A DNA stretch of 64,000 nt, from the NCBI GenBank assembly GCA_947478395.1, contig CANJVR010000004.1, positions 1 through 64,000 of the forward strand. Reading direction: 5' to 3'. Below are positions 28,148 to 38,496 of the stretch, piece by piece (positions within the stretch are counted from its first letter, which is position 1; each line of letters begins with the position of its first letter). The notes beneath the pieces are model-generated. The model did no database searches and was not told the DNA's origin. It saw only the letters and a list, made by a program, of their open reading frames with translations. The stretch is from Opitutia bacterium (lineage in GTDB: Bacteria > Verrucomicrobiota > Verrucomicrobiia > Opitutales > Opitutaceae). A program made the translations under genes and the position numbers.

Positions 28148-29020
28148 ATGCTCATTATTTTAGGCATAGTTATCGTAATTGTTTGTACTTGCCTCTCCTT
28201 CATCTGGGGCGATTTCAACATCAACAAGATCGGCCTGCTGATTCACATCGCCGAGATTGTCGCTATTTTCGGCATCACGCTGGGCGCGGTTTTGATCGCG
28301 ACCCCCGGCCACGTCTTGAAGGCGACTTTCGGGAAAATTATCGCGGTGTTGACGGGTAAGACCATCGGCAAGACGCATTATTTCGAGTTGATCGGGGCCT
28401 TGTACGAGCTTTTCCAAACCGGTCGTAAGAGCGGCTTGCTCGCGCTTGAAGAACACGTTTCGACCCCGGCCCAAAGTTCAATTTTTAGAAAATACCCCAC
28501 GCTGCTCGCGGCTCCGGACCTGTTGGCCTTCATCGTAGATAGCCTTAAACCACTCGTCGACGGTCGGATTAAACCCGACCAACTGGAGGGCGTCATTGAT
28601 ATGGATATCGCCACCAAAACCCGCGAGGTCGATCACTGCGCGCACGTTTTGAACTTCGCCGGCGATTCATTGCCGGGCATCGGCATTGTGGCCGCGGTGA
28701 TGGGCATCATTAATACCATGGCCATCATCGACCAAGGCACTGAAGCGGTGGCTTCACACATGGCGGCGGCTCTCTCAGGCACGATGTTGGGTGTGTTCGC
28801 GGCCTATGGATTTGCCAATCCTTTGGCCAGTAGCATCCGGTCTTTAAATGATGGCTACATCCAGTACCTGCGCTGCGCAAAAATCGCCATTGTGGCCTTC
28901 GCCAAAGGTATGGCGCCTTTGACGGCCGCTGAGTTGGCGCGTCGCTCCTTGGATCACTCCGTTCAGCCCTCCGCGGAAGCACTCGAAACCGCGTTGCGCG
29001 GTGGTGCGGCCGCGAAATAA
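28148..29020 (+). CDS. motA: Flagellar stator protein MotA
   Basis: RKSGLLALE, LPGIGIVAAVMGII, GVFAAYGFANP. Confidence 0.93.
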   Translation: MLIILGIVIVIVCTCLSFIWGDFNINKIGLLIHIAEIVAIFGITLGAVLIATPGHVLKATFGKIIAVLTGKTIGKTHYFELIGALYELFQTGRKSGLLALEEHVSTPAQSSIFRKYPTLLAAPDLLAFIVDSLKPLVDGRIKPDQLEGVIDMDIATKTREVDHCAHVLNFAGDSLPGIGIVAAVMGIINTMAIIDQGTEAVASHMAAALSGTMLGVFAAYGFANPLASSIRSLNDGYIQYLRCAKIAIVAFAKGMAPLTAAELARRSLDHSVQPSAEALETALRGGAAAK

Positions 29021-29041
29021 CCCACTCGCACCTCTACTATC

Positions 29042-29824
29042 ATGGCTGGACACGGCGGCGGAGCTTGGAAAGTGGCCTTTGCGGACTTCATGACCGCATT
29101 GATGGCTTTCTTTTTGGTGATGTGGATTCTGGGTCAAAAACCAGAGCTACTGGAAGGCACCGCCAAATACTTTCGGGATCCCCCCAAGATTCGCATGCCG
29201 TGGAATACGGGCGTACTCAAAGACCAAGCGAAGGAAGCCACGGTGCGCGAAGTGAATTCCAAAACGACCAAGGAAGCCGCCGCCAAGGCGGCCGCCTCGG
29301 CGGAGCAAAAAAATCTCAACGCGATTGCCATGGGTTTTTATGGCATGATCAATGTGAAGTCCGACGATCCCAATCGTCCCGTCGATATCGTGGTCTCCAA
29401 CGATGGCGTCTTGATCACCCTTTACGATCGGACGCGTAAGCCGCTGTTTCAGGGCGAGGCCTCGGCCGAACTATCGCCGTGGGGTGATTTCGTTTTTCAA
29501 AATCTGGCTTGGCTGGTGGATCGGCACGCGTTTCGCGTTTCCATCGAAGGCCATTCGCGCAGCGGTTTAAAAATGCTTTCTTCGGCCTATTCGGCTTGGG
29601 AGTTATCGGGCGACCGGGCCAACAACGTGCGTCGACTGATGGCCAATATTGCCGTGGCGCCGGAGCAATTTGAGCGCGTGACCTCCTTTGGCGATACCCG
29701 GCCCTCCAAGGTTGGAAAAGCGGATCCCGAAAATGACCACCGGGTGGAAATAAAACTTTCGATCGGAAATCGTAAACTGGGTGACGTTGCGCCGGAGAAT
29801 AAAGTCGAGAAAGCAAAACCATGA
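29042..29824 (+). CDS. motB: Flagellar stator protein MotB
   Basis: GGAWKVAFADFMTALMAFFLVMW, OmpA-like domain with WELS.DRAN. Confidence 0.93.
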   Translation: MAGHGGGAWKVAFADFMTALMAFFLVMWILGQKPELLEGTAKYFRDPPKIRMPWNTGVLKDQAKEATVREVNSKTTKEAAAKAAASAEQKNLNAIAMGFYGMINVKSDDPNRPVDIVVSNDGVLITLYDRTRKPLFQGEASAELSPWGDFVFQNLAWLVDRHAFRVSIEGHSRSGLKMLSSAYSAWELSGDRANNVRRLMANIAVAPEQFERVTSFGDTRPSKVGKADPENDHRVEIKLSIGNRKLGDVAPENKVEKAKP

Positions 29825-30066
29825 AGTCTTTTTTATCAGGTCGTGCGGGAGCAGCCCTCTCGGATGCCGCGAGCGTGGTGGAGCGTGAGGCGCCCACCGG
29901 CTTATCGCTCCTGGCGACCGCGAGTTCGCCGCTTGCTGCGCCGAAAACGGGGGCCTCTTCCGTGCAGTGCGTGCGCGAGGGCGCGGTGATTAAAAAATTA
30001 ATCGTGACCTGCGAATGCGGAAAAACAGTCGAGATCGACTGTGAATACAACACCGCCGCCGTCTAA
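29821..30066 (+). CDS. Small Cys-containing hypothetical protein
   Basis: ATGA overlap with motB; C-terminal LIVTCECGKTVEIDCEY. Confidence 0.7.
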   Translation: MKSFLSGRAGAALSDAASVVEREAPTGLSLLATASSPLAAPKTGASSVQCVREGAVIKKLIVTCECGKTVEIDCEYNTAAV

Positions 30067-30077
30067 GCAATGACCCC

Positions 30078-31121
30078 ATGATCAGCCTCAAGCAGCTGAC
30101 CCAGTTGGCCGCGACTTCGACTGAAGTCTGGCAAGTTTTTCAACTCGACTCCGCCAGGGTCTCCCCGACGGCAGCAGTTGAGGGAATGGATGCGAAGGAG
30201 CGCGCGGAACAACAGTTTTTGCGATCCCGGAGTATGCTTTGGGATTTAACCGGTAGGATAAAAATTATCCTGGATGATCAGACGACCAACGCCGCGATTA
30301 AGGCGAGAATGCTGGTGGATGCGGCCCGTAAACTGGAGGTGCTCGATGCAAAAATATTTCCGGCGCGGGAAGATAAAAATCGGCACGCTCAGCTGACGCG
30401 GGATTATCAGGTTTCGTTTGATTCCCTGCGTCTAGCCTTGGGGGAGGAAGGCATGCTGATGCTCACCGAGACCTTTCATTATCCGGAGCGAATTTTCGCG
30501 CTCGGTGAATTCGTGAAATTGCGCCGCGAGAAAGCAGGTCTCGACTCGCGCGGGATGGGTATCGAAAAGAAAATTGAAGAAGCGCAGGAAGAATTGAACG
30601 AGGCGGAGAAAGATCACGCCTGTGTCGAAGCCCTCTTGAGTACGCGCAAGGCGCAAAAAGGCGCGTTGATGGCCCTCGGGGTCGTGCTTTTGGGCGTGGT
30701 CTTGCTCAACGTTACGCAGCTGGTTGCGGCCATTGTTGGGGTCGTCGGCGTAATATTACTGATGCTGGGACTTTTTTCGTGGCTCTCGAGCGGGGTGGTT
30801 TTCGCCGCGTTCGACGAAGAGCTAAAACGTAAGGTGAGTGCCTTTGAGGAAGAGGGATTTCTCGCCGTCGCGCAGAGGTTGCGTAAAGCCCGTGAAAACA
30901 TGAAGGCGCTAGAGGTGCGCATGACGGACAACCGGAAAGAATTGAAGACCATCACGGACAAACTGGATAAGGCCGCGGAACTCGAGCGAACCTGGAGGCC
31001 GATGACGGACTTGGACGTGGACAACTTGACCCAAAAAATGACGGAACGTTGTAAGCATTTTTTTGGCGATGCTGGCGCGCGGACGATTTTCCAACACAAA
31101 CGCGAGTTATCGCTTTTGTAA
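30078..31121 (+). CDS. Coiled-coil membrane protein (two TMs), unknown function
   Basis: 347-aa ORF, TM hairpin flanked by charged helical segments, 11 nt after the previous gene. Confidence 0.7.
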   Translation: MISLKQLTQLAATSTEVWQVFQLDSARVSPTAAVEGMDAKERAEQQFLRSRSMLWDLTGRIKIILDDQTTNAAIKARMLVDAARKLEVLDAKIFPAREDKNRHAQLTRDYQVSFDSLRLALGEEGMLMLTETFHYPERIFALGEFVKLRREKAGLDSRGMGIEKKIEEAQEELNEAEKDHACVEALLSTRKAQKGALMALGVVLLGVVLLNVTQLVAAIVGVVGVILLMLGLFSWLSSGVVFAAFDEELKRKVSAFEEEGFLAVAQRLRKARENMKALEVRMTDNRKELKTITDKLDKAAELERTWRPMTDLDVDNLTQKMTERCKHFFGDAGARTIFQHKRELSLL

Positions 31122-31407
31122 GCGGAGGTAATCGCGGCTATTCCCACGGTGGCGCCTCCTTGCTCTCAGATCAGCGGGGTGCGCCCCGTTTTCTTCTTCT
31201 TTGGCATCGTTGAGTCCTTTGTTTGGGCGCAACCCGGGTCCAAAAAATCGGGGCGACCGCATCCATTATCTCATCGGTTAATTTAGGCGCGGTTCGCCGC
31301 GGTAGCGACGGCGACGAATGGGACAGGCGAAACCCAGGGCCCCACCTCGCCGGACAAGAAAATAGATTTCCCTCGTCGGTTTCGCCCGCCACAGTTGGCG
31401 CTTTCCC

Positions 31408-32046
31408 ATGAAGAAAGACGCCATCCTCACGAAGATCAAAGCTGAGAAGGTCATCGCCCTCATCCGCGCGGACAATCCCGATGGCCTGCTCGATTGCGCC
31501 AAAGCCTTGGCCGACGGCGGGCTCACCAGTATCGAGCTCACCATGACCACGCCCGGCGCGATGCGCATGCTCGAAAAAGCGGTCGCGGATCAGCCCGATT
31601 TTCTGTTTGGACTCGGCACCGTGCTCGATGCGGAAACCGCGCGCGTGGGCATTCTCGCCGGGGCAAAGTTTATCGTCACGCCCGCGTTTCGGCCCGACGT
31701 GATCGCGGTCTGCCAACGTTACAGTGTGCCAATTTTTAGCGGAGCGTTCACGCCGACCGAGATCCTCGCGACCTGGGAAGCCGGCGCCGATGCGGTGAAG
31801 GTTTTCCCGGCAGAATTTTTTGGTCCCGGCTACATCAAGTCAGTCAAAGCGCCCTTTCCCCAAATTGAAATGGTGCCGACCGGCGGCGTGAATGCCGAGA
31901 ACGTCGGTGAGTTCATCAAGGCCGGCGCGTTCGCGGCGGCGGCCGGCAGTTCTCTCGTCGAAGCCAAGGCCATGAAGGAAAAAAACTGGGCGGCGATCAC
32001 GGCGAAGGCGCGGGCTTTTGTCGCGGCAATCGCGGCGGTAAAGTAG
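31408..32046 (+). CDS. eda: KDPG/KHG aldolase
   Basis: GGL.SIELT, GLGTVLD, AGAKFIVTP, GAFTPTEI, VKVFPA, PTGGV. Confidence 0.93.
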   Translation: MKKDAILTKIKAEKVIALIRADNPDGLLDCAKALADGGLTSIELTMTTPGAMRMLEKAVADQPDFLFGLGTVLDAETARVGILAGAKFIVTPAFRPDVIAVCQRYSVPIFSGAFTPTEILATWEAGADAVKVFPAEFFGPGYIKSVKAPFPQIEMVPTGGVNAENVGEFIKAGAFAAAAGSSLVEAKAMKEKNWAAITAKARAFVAAIAAVK

Positions 32047-32223
32047 TGCGGAGGAAGTCCCGGAAGCCGGCATCCGGCGGATGGCCATAAGGCGGCACGA
32101 GGATTTCCGGGAGCTGCGCCCCGAGGTTTCCGTGCGCCGAGGAGCGCGATGGTGACACCACCGAGGGCCTGGAATTTTCTGGGCCTCTTCGTGGCCAGGA
32201 AATCTGGCCGGTACGAGATCGGA

Positions 32224-32985
32224 TCAGGCGAGATACTGGGCCACATCCGGCAGGCGTTTGACGCGGCGGCCGGCGGCGTCGCGGGCGAAGTAGGGATCCT
32301 CTTCGCGCGTGACCTCGACCTCTTCTTCGCCCTCGGGCGCGTCTTCTTCTTTTTCTTCTTCGCCCTCTTCGTCCACGACCAGCCACTCAAGTTCGTCGTC
32401 GAAGATATGCGTCATGCGTCGCGCTTGCGGGTCGAGGATCAGCGCGGGATTTTTCAACCGGCCGGCTTTCACGAACTCGAATAGGCAGGGCACGTACTGG
32501 TCGTCGAAAAATGCCCGGAAGTCGCTCAGCCATTTGTTCTCCACGCCTTCCCTCCGATTGAGGAGGGCGACGTCGGAGAAGTGGACACACGCTTCGTACC
32601 AGGCGCGCAGCGGCGGATTTTTTTCCACGAGCTGGCAGTTGATCACGCAGAGCACGCGGCCAAGTTCTACGGGCTGGAGTTCGACCCAGTTTTTAAACGC
32701 CTCGACTTGATCCACCGGATCGCGCCGGCCATCCGTGAAGAAAAAAACATGCGTCGCCTCGGGCGGCAGCGTGGCCTCGATGGATTGGGCGAGCGTCCAT
32801 GTCCAGCGCGTGACGTTGGGCAGCTTCGCATCGATCTCGGCGGGAGCTTCGTCGGCCGAAAGCAGCACGGCCGGCCGGTCGCCTTCGCCCAGGCCACCGT
32901 CGATCAGATCGGCTACGACCGTGCGTCGACCGGAACCGGCCGCGCCGAGGATGAGATAGACCAGTGGTTTTTCATCAGAAGCCAT
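32224..32985 (-). CDS. Hypothetical protein with degenerate P-loop (CobW/G3E-like outline) and acidic tail
   Basis: YLILGAAGSGRRT, SDVALLNR, EEEGEEEKEED. Confidence 0.65.
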   Translation of the reverse strand: MASDEKPLVYLILGAAGSGRRTVVADLIDGGLGEGDRPAVLLSADEAPAEIDAKLPNVTRWTWTLAQSIEATLPPEATHVFFFTDGRRDPVDQVEAFKNWVELQPVELGRVLCVINCQLVEKNPPLRAWYEACVHFSDVALLNRREGVENKWLSDFRAFFDDQYVPCLFEFVKAGRLKNPALILDPQARRMTHIFDDELEWLVVDEEGEEEKEEDAPEGEEEVEVTREEDPYFARDAAGRRVKRLPDVAQYLA

Positions 32986-33220
32986 GCGTCACAGCAAAGG
33001 ACACGAAAAATTGGGGAAAGGCGAAGCTCGGATTTTTGCCGAATCAATTGCGCCGAGCTGCCTGAGTCGGAACGAGGAATCAATCCGCGTTCGTCTTGCA
33101 GGTGGGGTCCACCCGCAGCCGCTCTTTGGGAGCATGGCCTTTCCCGGGCACTTTCCGATCATGCGGCTGAGGGCGGCCGCGCGCCGAGCGGGGTGAGGGC
33201 GCCGCGCCTTCAACGTCACC

Positions 33221-34312
33221 TCAAAATTCAAACGTCCCGCACTGCGCGCTCTGGCGCAGCCAATGGTCGACCAGCACGAGCGCCGTCATCGCCTCCACGA
33301 TCGGTACGGCGCGCGGGACCACGCAAGGATCGTGGCGGCCGCGACCCATGAGCTCGGTGGGTGTGCCCGTCACATCCACGGTGGCCTGCAACTGTAGAAT
33401 CGTGGCGGTGGGTTTGAACGCTACACGGAAGACGATCTCCTCGCCGTTGCTGATTCCGCCCTGAATGCCGCCCGAGCGATTGGTGATGGTGTGAATTTCG
33501 CCGCCGCGATTTTCGAACGCGTCGTTATGCTGGCTCCCGCGCAGCTGCGCGCCAGCGAACCCGCTGCCGATTTCAAAGCCCTTGGTCGCCGGAAGCGAAA
33601 GCATCGCCTTGGCAAGATCGGCCTCGAGGCGGTCGAACACCGGCTCGCCCAAACCCACCGGCACGCCGCGCACGCGGCATTCGATGACGCCGCCGACGGA
33701 GTCGCCTTCGCTCCGTACGGCCTTGATGCGCTCGATCATCGCGGCGGCGGTGGCCGGATGGGGGCAACGCACGGGTGTGGCCTCGACCGCGGCGAGCGTG
33801 GGGAAATCTACCAACGCCTCCGCCGGGACGGCGATGTCGTGCACCTGCGTGAGAAACGCGCGGATTTCGACCGAAGCCCCTAGAATTTTTTTGGCGATCG
33901 CGCCCGCCGCCACGCGGCCGACGGTTTCGCGGGCCGAGCTGCGCCCGCCGCCGCGATGATCGCGTCGGCCAAATTTGGCCTGATAGGTGAAATCGGCGTG
34001 CGACGGGCGAAACTTGTCCTTCATCTCGTCGTACGCGCCGGGCCGCTGGTCCCCGTTTTTCACAAGGAGGGCGATGGGCGTGCCGGTGGTCTTGCCCTCG
34101 AAGACGCCGGATAAAATTTCGACCCGATCCTCTTCCTTGCGCGGCGTCACGATGTCGCTTTGACCCGGGCGGCGGCGGTCGAGTTCGACCTGGATTTCAT
34201 CGGCGGTGATGGGCAATCCCGGTGGGCAGCCGTCGATGACGACCCCTACGGCCGGTCCATGGCTTTCGCCCCAAGTGGTGATCGAGAAAAGCTGGCCGAA
34301 CGAGTTGCCCAT
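33221..34312 (-). CDS. aroC: Chorismate synthase
   Basis: [37 protein letters not shown]. Confidence 0.98.
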   Translation of the reverse strand: MGNSFGQLFSITTWGESHGPAVGVVIDGCPPGLPITADEIQVELDRRRPGQSDIVTPRKEEDRVEILSGVFEGKTTGTPIALLVKNGDQRPGAYDEMKDKFRPSHADFTYQAKFGRRDHRGGGRSSARETVGRVAAGAIAKKILGASVEIRAFLTQVHDIAVPAEALVDFPTLAAVEATPVRCPHPATAAAMIERIKAVRSEGDSVGGVIECRVRGVPVGLGEPVFDRLEADLAKAMLSLPATKGFEIGSGFAGAQLRGSQHNDAFENRGGEIHTITNRSGGIQGGISNGEEIVFRVAFKPTATILQLQATVDVTGTPTELMGRGRHDPCVVPRAVPIVEAMTALVLVDHWLRQSAQCGTFEF

Positions 34313-34490
34313 GGCGTCCGAAAACCGTTGGCGCCGGCTTCGGCCCTCGCAAGCGGCAAATCGGCTTCAAATATTTCGGCAACAAACACGTTAAGTGCAC
34401 GGTCGCCGCACATCACCGTTTACAACCCGGATTGATTCACCTCTCATTTCTCGCCGCGTCCGCGTTCTCCTCTTCCCATCGTTTTCCTGC

Positions 34491-36629
34491 ATGACCTCGC
34501 GTTTTGTTTGCCTGAGCCTCGCCGCCGTCTTGCTGATCGCGTCCAGCCGACTCAACGCCCAGACGCCGCCGGCGACTCCCGCTCCCGGGGCTGGCGCGCC
34601 GGCCGGAGCCGTGGCGGCCTCGGTCAAACCCACCGACGATGAAATGATCGCGGGCCCGATCCGGTTTAGCGATATGCCGATCGATGGCGTGCTCGATCAG
34701 CTGGCGACGCTCACGGGCCGCGCGATTCTTCGTCCGAATTCTCTGCCGACCGCCAATTACACGCTGCGAATCGAGCGGCCGATCCCGAAGTCGGAGCTCA
34801 TCCTCGCCCTCGAGACGCTCCTGAAGCATAACCAAGTCGGCGTCTCGCCGCAGGGTGATCGCTTCCTCAACGTTGTGCCCCTCGGCTTGGTGAAAAACGA
34901 GGCGCCGGAAATGATTAACGGCTCCGCCTTCGAGCAGCCGGCGAGCGGGAAAATTGCGACCAAGATTTTCCAGCTCGATTTCCTGCGGGCCACCGAGTTC
35001 GCGGCGCTGATTCAACAGATGCTCACGCCGACGCTTCAAGGCGGCATGGTGGTTTTGGACAAGGCCAATGCCGCCATGATCACCGACACCGTCAGCAATC
35101 TTCAGCGCGTTGAGACACTTTTGAAGACGCTCGACCGGCCGGCGACCAGCGGCCTCACGCCGAAATTCTACACGTTGCGCAATGGCGCCAAGGCCAGCGA
35201 TCTCGTGAACAAAATGCGCACGATCATCGGCAGCGGACCGTTGCAGGTGCAGCTGGGCACGACCACAACCTACAATGCGGATGATCGCACCAACCAGGTC
35301 ATCCTCATCGCGGATCCCCGCCAGTATCCGTTTTTCGACGATCTGATCGCCAAACTCGACATCAAGGCCGACCCCAACACGCGCAGCGAGGTAATCGCGC
35401 TCAAGCACGCGGTGGCGAAGGACGTGCAATCGCTTTTGCAGAACTTGGTCACATCGCAGACGTCCGCCTCGCAACGCGCACAGGGCGGCCAATCCGTGCG
35501 CGCGGGCCAATTCGGCGGTCTACCTAATCAGGCAGGAGCACCGCCAGCCGCTCCGGTGCCGGGGGCGCCGATTGGGCCGGTGACGGCTGCGGCCGGGACC
35601 TCGGCTGTTTCGCTTGGGGGCAATGGTGAAACGGGCGGCAGCAATGAATTCAGCAGCCTCGCGATGGCCGTCGCCGACGAGCGGACGAATTCCATTATTG
35701 TTTTCGGTACGAGCGACGACATCCGGCTGATCCGCGAACTGGTCGACAAGATCGATATCATTCTAGCGCAGGTGAGCATCCAGGTGATCATCGCCGAAGT
35801 GACGCTGAACGACAGCGACAAAACTGGTCTGAGTGCGCTGGGTTTCACGGTCGGCACCGACGCACCCAGCAGCAGTGCGACGGGGCCTGTCGGGAGTACC
35901 GGGCACGGCACGCACATCACGAATTTCGATCCGATCGGCGTGGCGGGTTGGGCGTTCACGGGTGGCGTGGTCAATCCGCTCGCCTTCAAAGCCGCGCTTG
36001 GCGACACCGGCTCGCGCAGCAACGTCAAGATTCTCTCCAGCCCCACCATCATGACCACGCACGCCAAGGAAGGTCAGGTCGTGGTGGGAGAACAACGTCC
36101 GGTGGTCACATCCACAAACACTTCGATTGGCGGTGCGGGTGGCACGTCCTCAAGTTACACGTATAAGACCATAGCGATTGATCTCAAGGTGACGCCTTTC
36201 ATCGGCGACGACGGTGGCATCCAGCTGAAAATCGACCAGAAAGTCGACGACGTGCTGGGCACGACCACGATCGACGGCAATCAAGTTCCTACCATCGGCA
36301 CGCGTGAGGCGATGGGCAGCATCAATGTCTACGACGGCGAAATGGTCGTACTTGGCGGTTTGCAGCGCAGGAAAATTAGCGCGGATCGAGCGAAGATCGG
36401 ATTCCTCGCTGAAATCCCGATTCTCAGTCAAATTTTGGGCGGGCGGAACAAGAGTGTGGAGCGGACCGAGCTGCTGCTTTTCGTGCGGCCCCACATCATC
36501 AGGCCCGGCGACGGCTCCCGCGACGCGCAGAAGACGATCGATGGACTTACCAACAAGGATCAAATCAACCAGTTCCTCATCGATCCTTCCAAGCCGGTGA
36601 AAGAGCCCTTCATCGAAAACTTCAAGTAA
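34491..36629 (+). CDS. gspD: Type II secretion secretin GspD
   Basis: Signal peptide, repeated N domains (ADDRTNQV, ADERTNSIIV), QVSIQVIIAEV, LKVTP, VLGGL, IPIL, ERTELLLFVRPHII. Confidence 0.92.
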   Translation: MTSRFVCLSLAAVLLIASSRLNAQTPPATPAPGAGAPAGAVAASVKPTDDEMIAGPIRFSDMPIDGVLDQLATLTGRAILRPNSLPTANYTLRIERPIPKSELILALETLLKHNQVGVSPQGDRFLNVVPLGLVKNEAPEMINGSAFEQPASGKIATKIFQLDFLRATEFAALIQQMLTPTLQGGMVVLDKANAAMITDTVSNLQRVETLLKTLDRPATSGLTPKFYTLRNGAKASDLVNKMRTIIGSGPLQVQLGTTTTYNADDRTNQVILIADPRQYPFFDDLIAKLDIKADPNTRSEVIALKHAVAKDVQSLLQNLVTSQTSASQRAQGGQSVRAGQFGGLPNQAGAPPAAPVPGAPIGPVTAAAGTSAVSLGGNGETGGSNEFSSLAMAVADERTNSIIVFGTSDDIRLIRELVDKIDIILAQVSIQVIIAEVTLNDSDKTGLSALGFTVGTDAPSSSATGPVGSTGHGTHITNFDPIGVAGWAFTGGVVNPLAFKAALGDTGSRSNVKILSSPTIMTTHAKEGQVVVGEQRPVVTSTNTSIGGAGGTSSSYTYKTIAIDLKVTPFIGDDGGIQLKIDQKVDDVLGTTTIDGNQVPTIGTREAMGSINVYDGEMVVLGGLQRRKISADRAKIGFLAEIPILSQILGGRNKSVERTELLLFVRPHIIRPGDGSRDAQKTIDGLTNKDQINQFLIDPSKPVKEPFIENFK

Positions 36630-36647
36630 GTCGCGGACTGCACCCCG

Positions 36648-38369
36648 ATGCTCGCGCTCGTCCAAGATTCCCTGCCCGCCGCGCTGTCCGAGCGGCTCTC
36701 CGCTGAACAGCGCCAGGCGGTCCTCGAGGCGCCGCGTGAGCAGCGCCTCGCTGCGCTCTCCGCCGCCCTCGGCCGGCGGGAACCGGACATGCTCGTCGCG
36801 CTCGCCGCGGCGGCGGGACTAACGATCGCAAGCAATCTCGAAACCGATCCCGCGGCCCGCGGACTTTTGCCCGCGCGGCTCGTCCACGATTACCAAATTA
36901 TTCCGATTAAGTTCGGCGCTGCGACGGCAGAGGACACGGCTGAGCCAACCATGCTCACGCCGTTGCATCTGGCTTCGGCGTGGCTGCCGGACGCGGTGAT
37001 GAACGACTGGCTGCGCACGTTTACCCCGCGCCCGCTCGTCTGGCATCTCGCCGTGCCCGAGCGTGTGCACCAGCTCATCATCGAAAACTTCGGCGTTGGC
37101 TCCGGCGCGCTCGAGGATGGCGAGGACAACTATATCGCGCCCGAGGCGATCCAGCAGGCCGAGGAAGTGGTGGATGAGGAAGCCGCCGTCGTGCGCTTCG
37201 TCACCGATGTCATCAAGCAGGCGGTCGAGGATCAGGCGACGGACATTCACTTTGAGCCGCAGGAAGAAGAGCTGCGCATTCGTTATCGCGTCGACGGCCT
37301 GCTCGTGCCCGTGCCGGTGCCAGAAAATTTGCTGCGCTTTCAGGACGCGATCATTTCGCGGCTCAAGATCATGGCGCGGCTGAACATTTCGGAAAAGCGC
37401 TTGCCGCAAGATGGACGCATCAACTTCAAGGCGAATGCCACGGTGCTCGACATTCGCGTTTCAACGGTCCCGACAATTTACGCCGAGTCCATTTCGCTGC
37501 GTCTCCTGAATCAGAAGAAGGAAGCCTACACGATGGAGCGCCTCGGCATGAGCGCGGCCGAGCAGGCGCAAATCGTGAGCGTGCTCGATTATCCCCACGG
37601 GATCATTCTCGTCACGGGGCCGACGGGCTCCGGCAAGAGCACCTCGCTCAATGCATTCCTGCGGAAGATCAATGCGACCGATCTCCGCATCATCACGATC
37701 GAAGACCCGATCGAATACGAGGTGCCCGGGGTAAATCAAATGCAGGTGCGCTCGGAGATCGGCCTGACCTTTGCGAGCGCGTTGCGGCACGTGCTGCGGC
37801 AGGATCCCGATGTGATCATGGTCGGCGAAATCCGCGACAAGGAGACGGCGGAGATTGCGATCCGCGCGTCGCTCACCGGTCACTTGGTGTTTTCCACGCT
37901 GCACACGAATGACGCGCCCGGCGCTATCACGCGTTTGGTCGACATGGGCATTGAACCCTTCCTCGTGGCCTCGGCCATTGAGCTGGTGATTGCGCAGCGG
38001 CTCGTGCGGCGGCTGTGTCCGAATTGCGCAAAAGCTGAACCGATCAGCAAAGTGAAGCTGCTGGAAACGCTTTTGATCCTCGAATGCGACCAGACGGAGG
38101 CAGAATTGATCTCGGAATTGAAATCGCCGGTGGGCTGCGATCGTTGCCGGGGCACCGGTTATCGTGGGCGCATCGGGCTGTTTGAAATCTTCCGGCTCAA
38201 CGACGAATTGCACCAGTTGATTCTCAAGCGCGAAAGCACGCGCACGCTGACGCAGGCCGCGCGGAAACAAGGCATGCGTACGCTCGGTCAAAGCGGCTGG
38301 GAAAAAGTGAAAGCCGGACACACGACCCTTGAGGAAGTGTTGCGGGTGGTAACGGTGGCGGAAAAATGA
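36648..38369 (+). CDS. gspE: Type II secretion ATPase GspE
   Basis: RLPQDGR, GPTGSGKS, EDPIEY, LRQDPDVIMVGEIRD, STLHTND, CPNC...CDRC. Confidence 0.95.
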   Translation: MLALVQDSLPAALSERLSAEQRQAVLEAPREQRLAALSAALGRREPDMLVALAAAAGLTIASNLETDPAARGLLPARLVHDYQIIPIKFGAATAEDTAEPTMLTPLHLASAWLPDAVMNDWLRTFTPRPLVWHLAVPERVHQLIIENFGVGSGALEDGEDNYIAPEAIQQAEEVVDEEAAVVRFVTDVIKQAVEDQATDIHFEPQEEELRIRYRVDGLLVPVPVPENLLRFQDAIISRLKIMARLNISEKRLPQDGRINFKANATVLDIRVSTVPTIYAESISLRLLNQKKEAYTMERLGMSAAEQAQIVSVLDYPHGIILVTGPTGSGKSTSLNAFLRKINATDLRIITIEDPIEYEVPGVNQMQVRSEIGLTFASALRHVLRQDPDVIMVGEIRDKETAEIAIRASLTGHLVFSTLHTNDAPGAITRLVDMGIEPFLVASAIELVIAQRLVRRLCPNCAKAEPISKVKLLETLLILECDQTEAELISELKSPVGCDRCRGTGYRGRIGLFEIFRLNDELHQLILKRESTRTLTQAARKQGMRTLGQSGWEKVKAGHTTLEEVLRVVTVAEK

Positions 38370-38496
38370 GATTTGAAACACCGATGATCGCTGCGTTTTG
38401 GATGACTCCTGGGTCATGCGCTGATCGATGGGGGCGGGGTGCCGTCACCACGCCTACAGTCGGAAATGCTGCGGCGGGAGCGAACTGATCACGCCC

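Noticed and set aside
8811..29824. Non-flagellar (injectisome) T3SS
   Set aside because: FlgB/C, FliE, FlgD/E, FliA and MotA/B show it is flagellar
2841..31121. Flagellar locus as a recently acquired island
   Set aside because: Spot GC counts were similar to the rest of the window and no integrase, tRNA or att repeats were seen; a codon-usage analysis would be needed
31171..31270. Small basic minus-strand peptide ORFs after the flagellar locus
   Set aside because: No motif or RBS; could arise by chance
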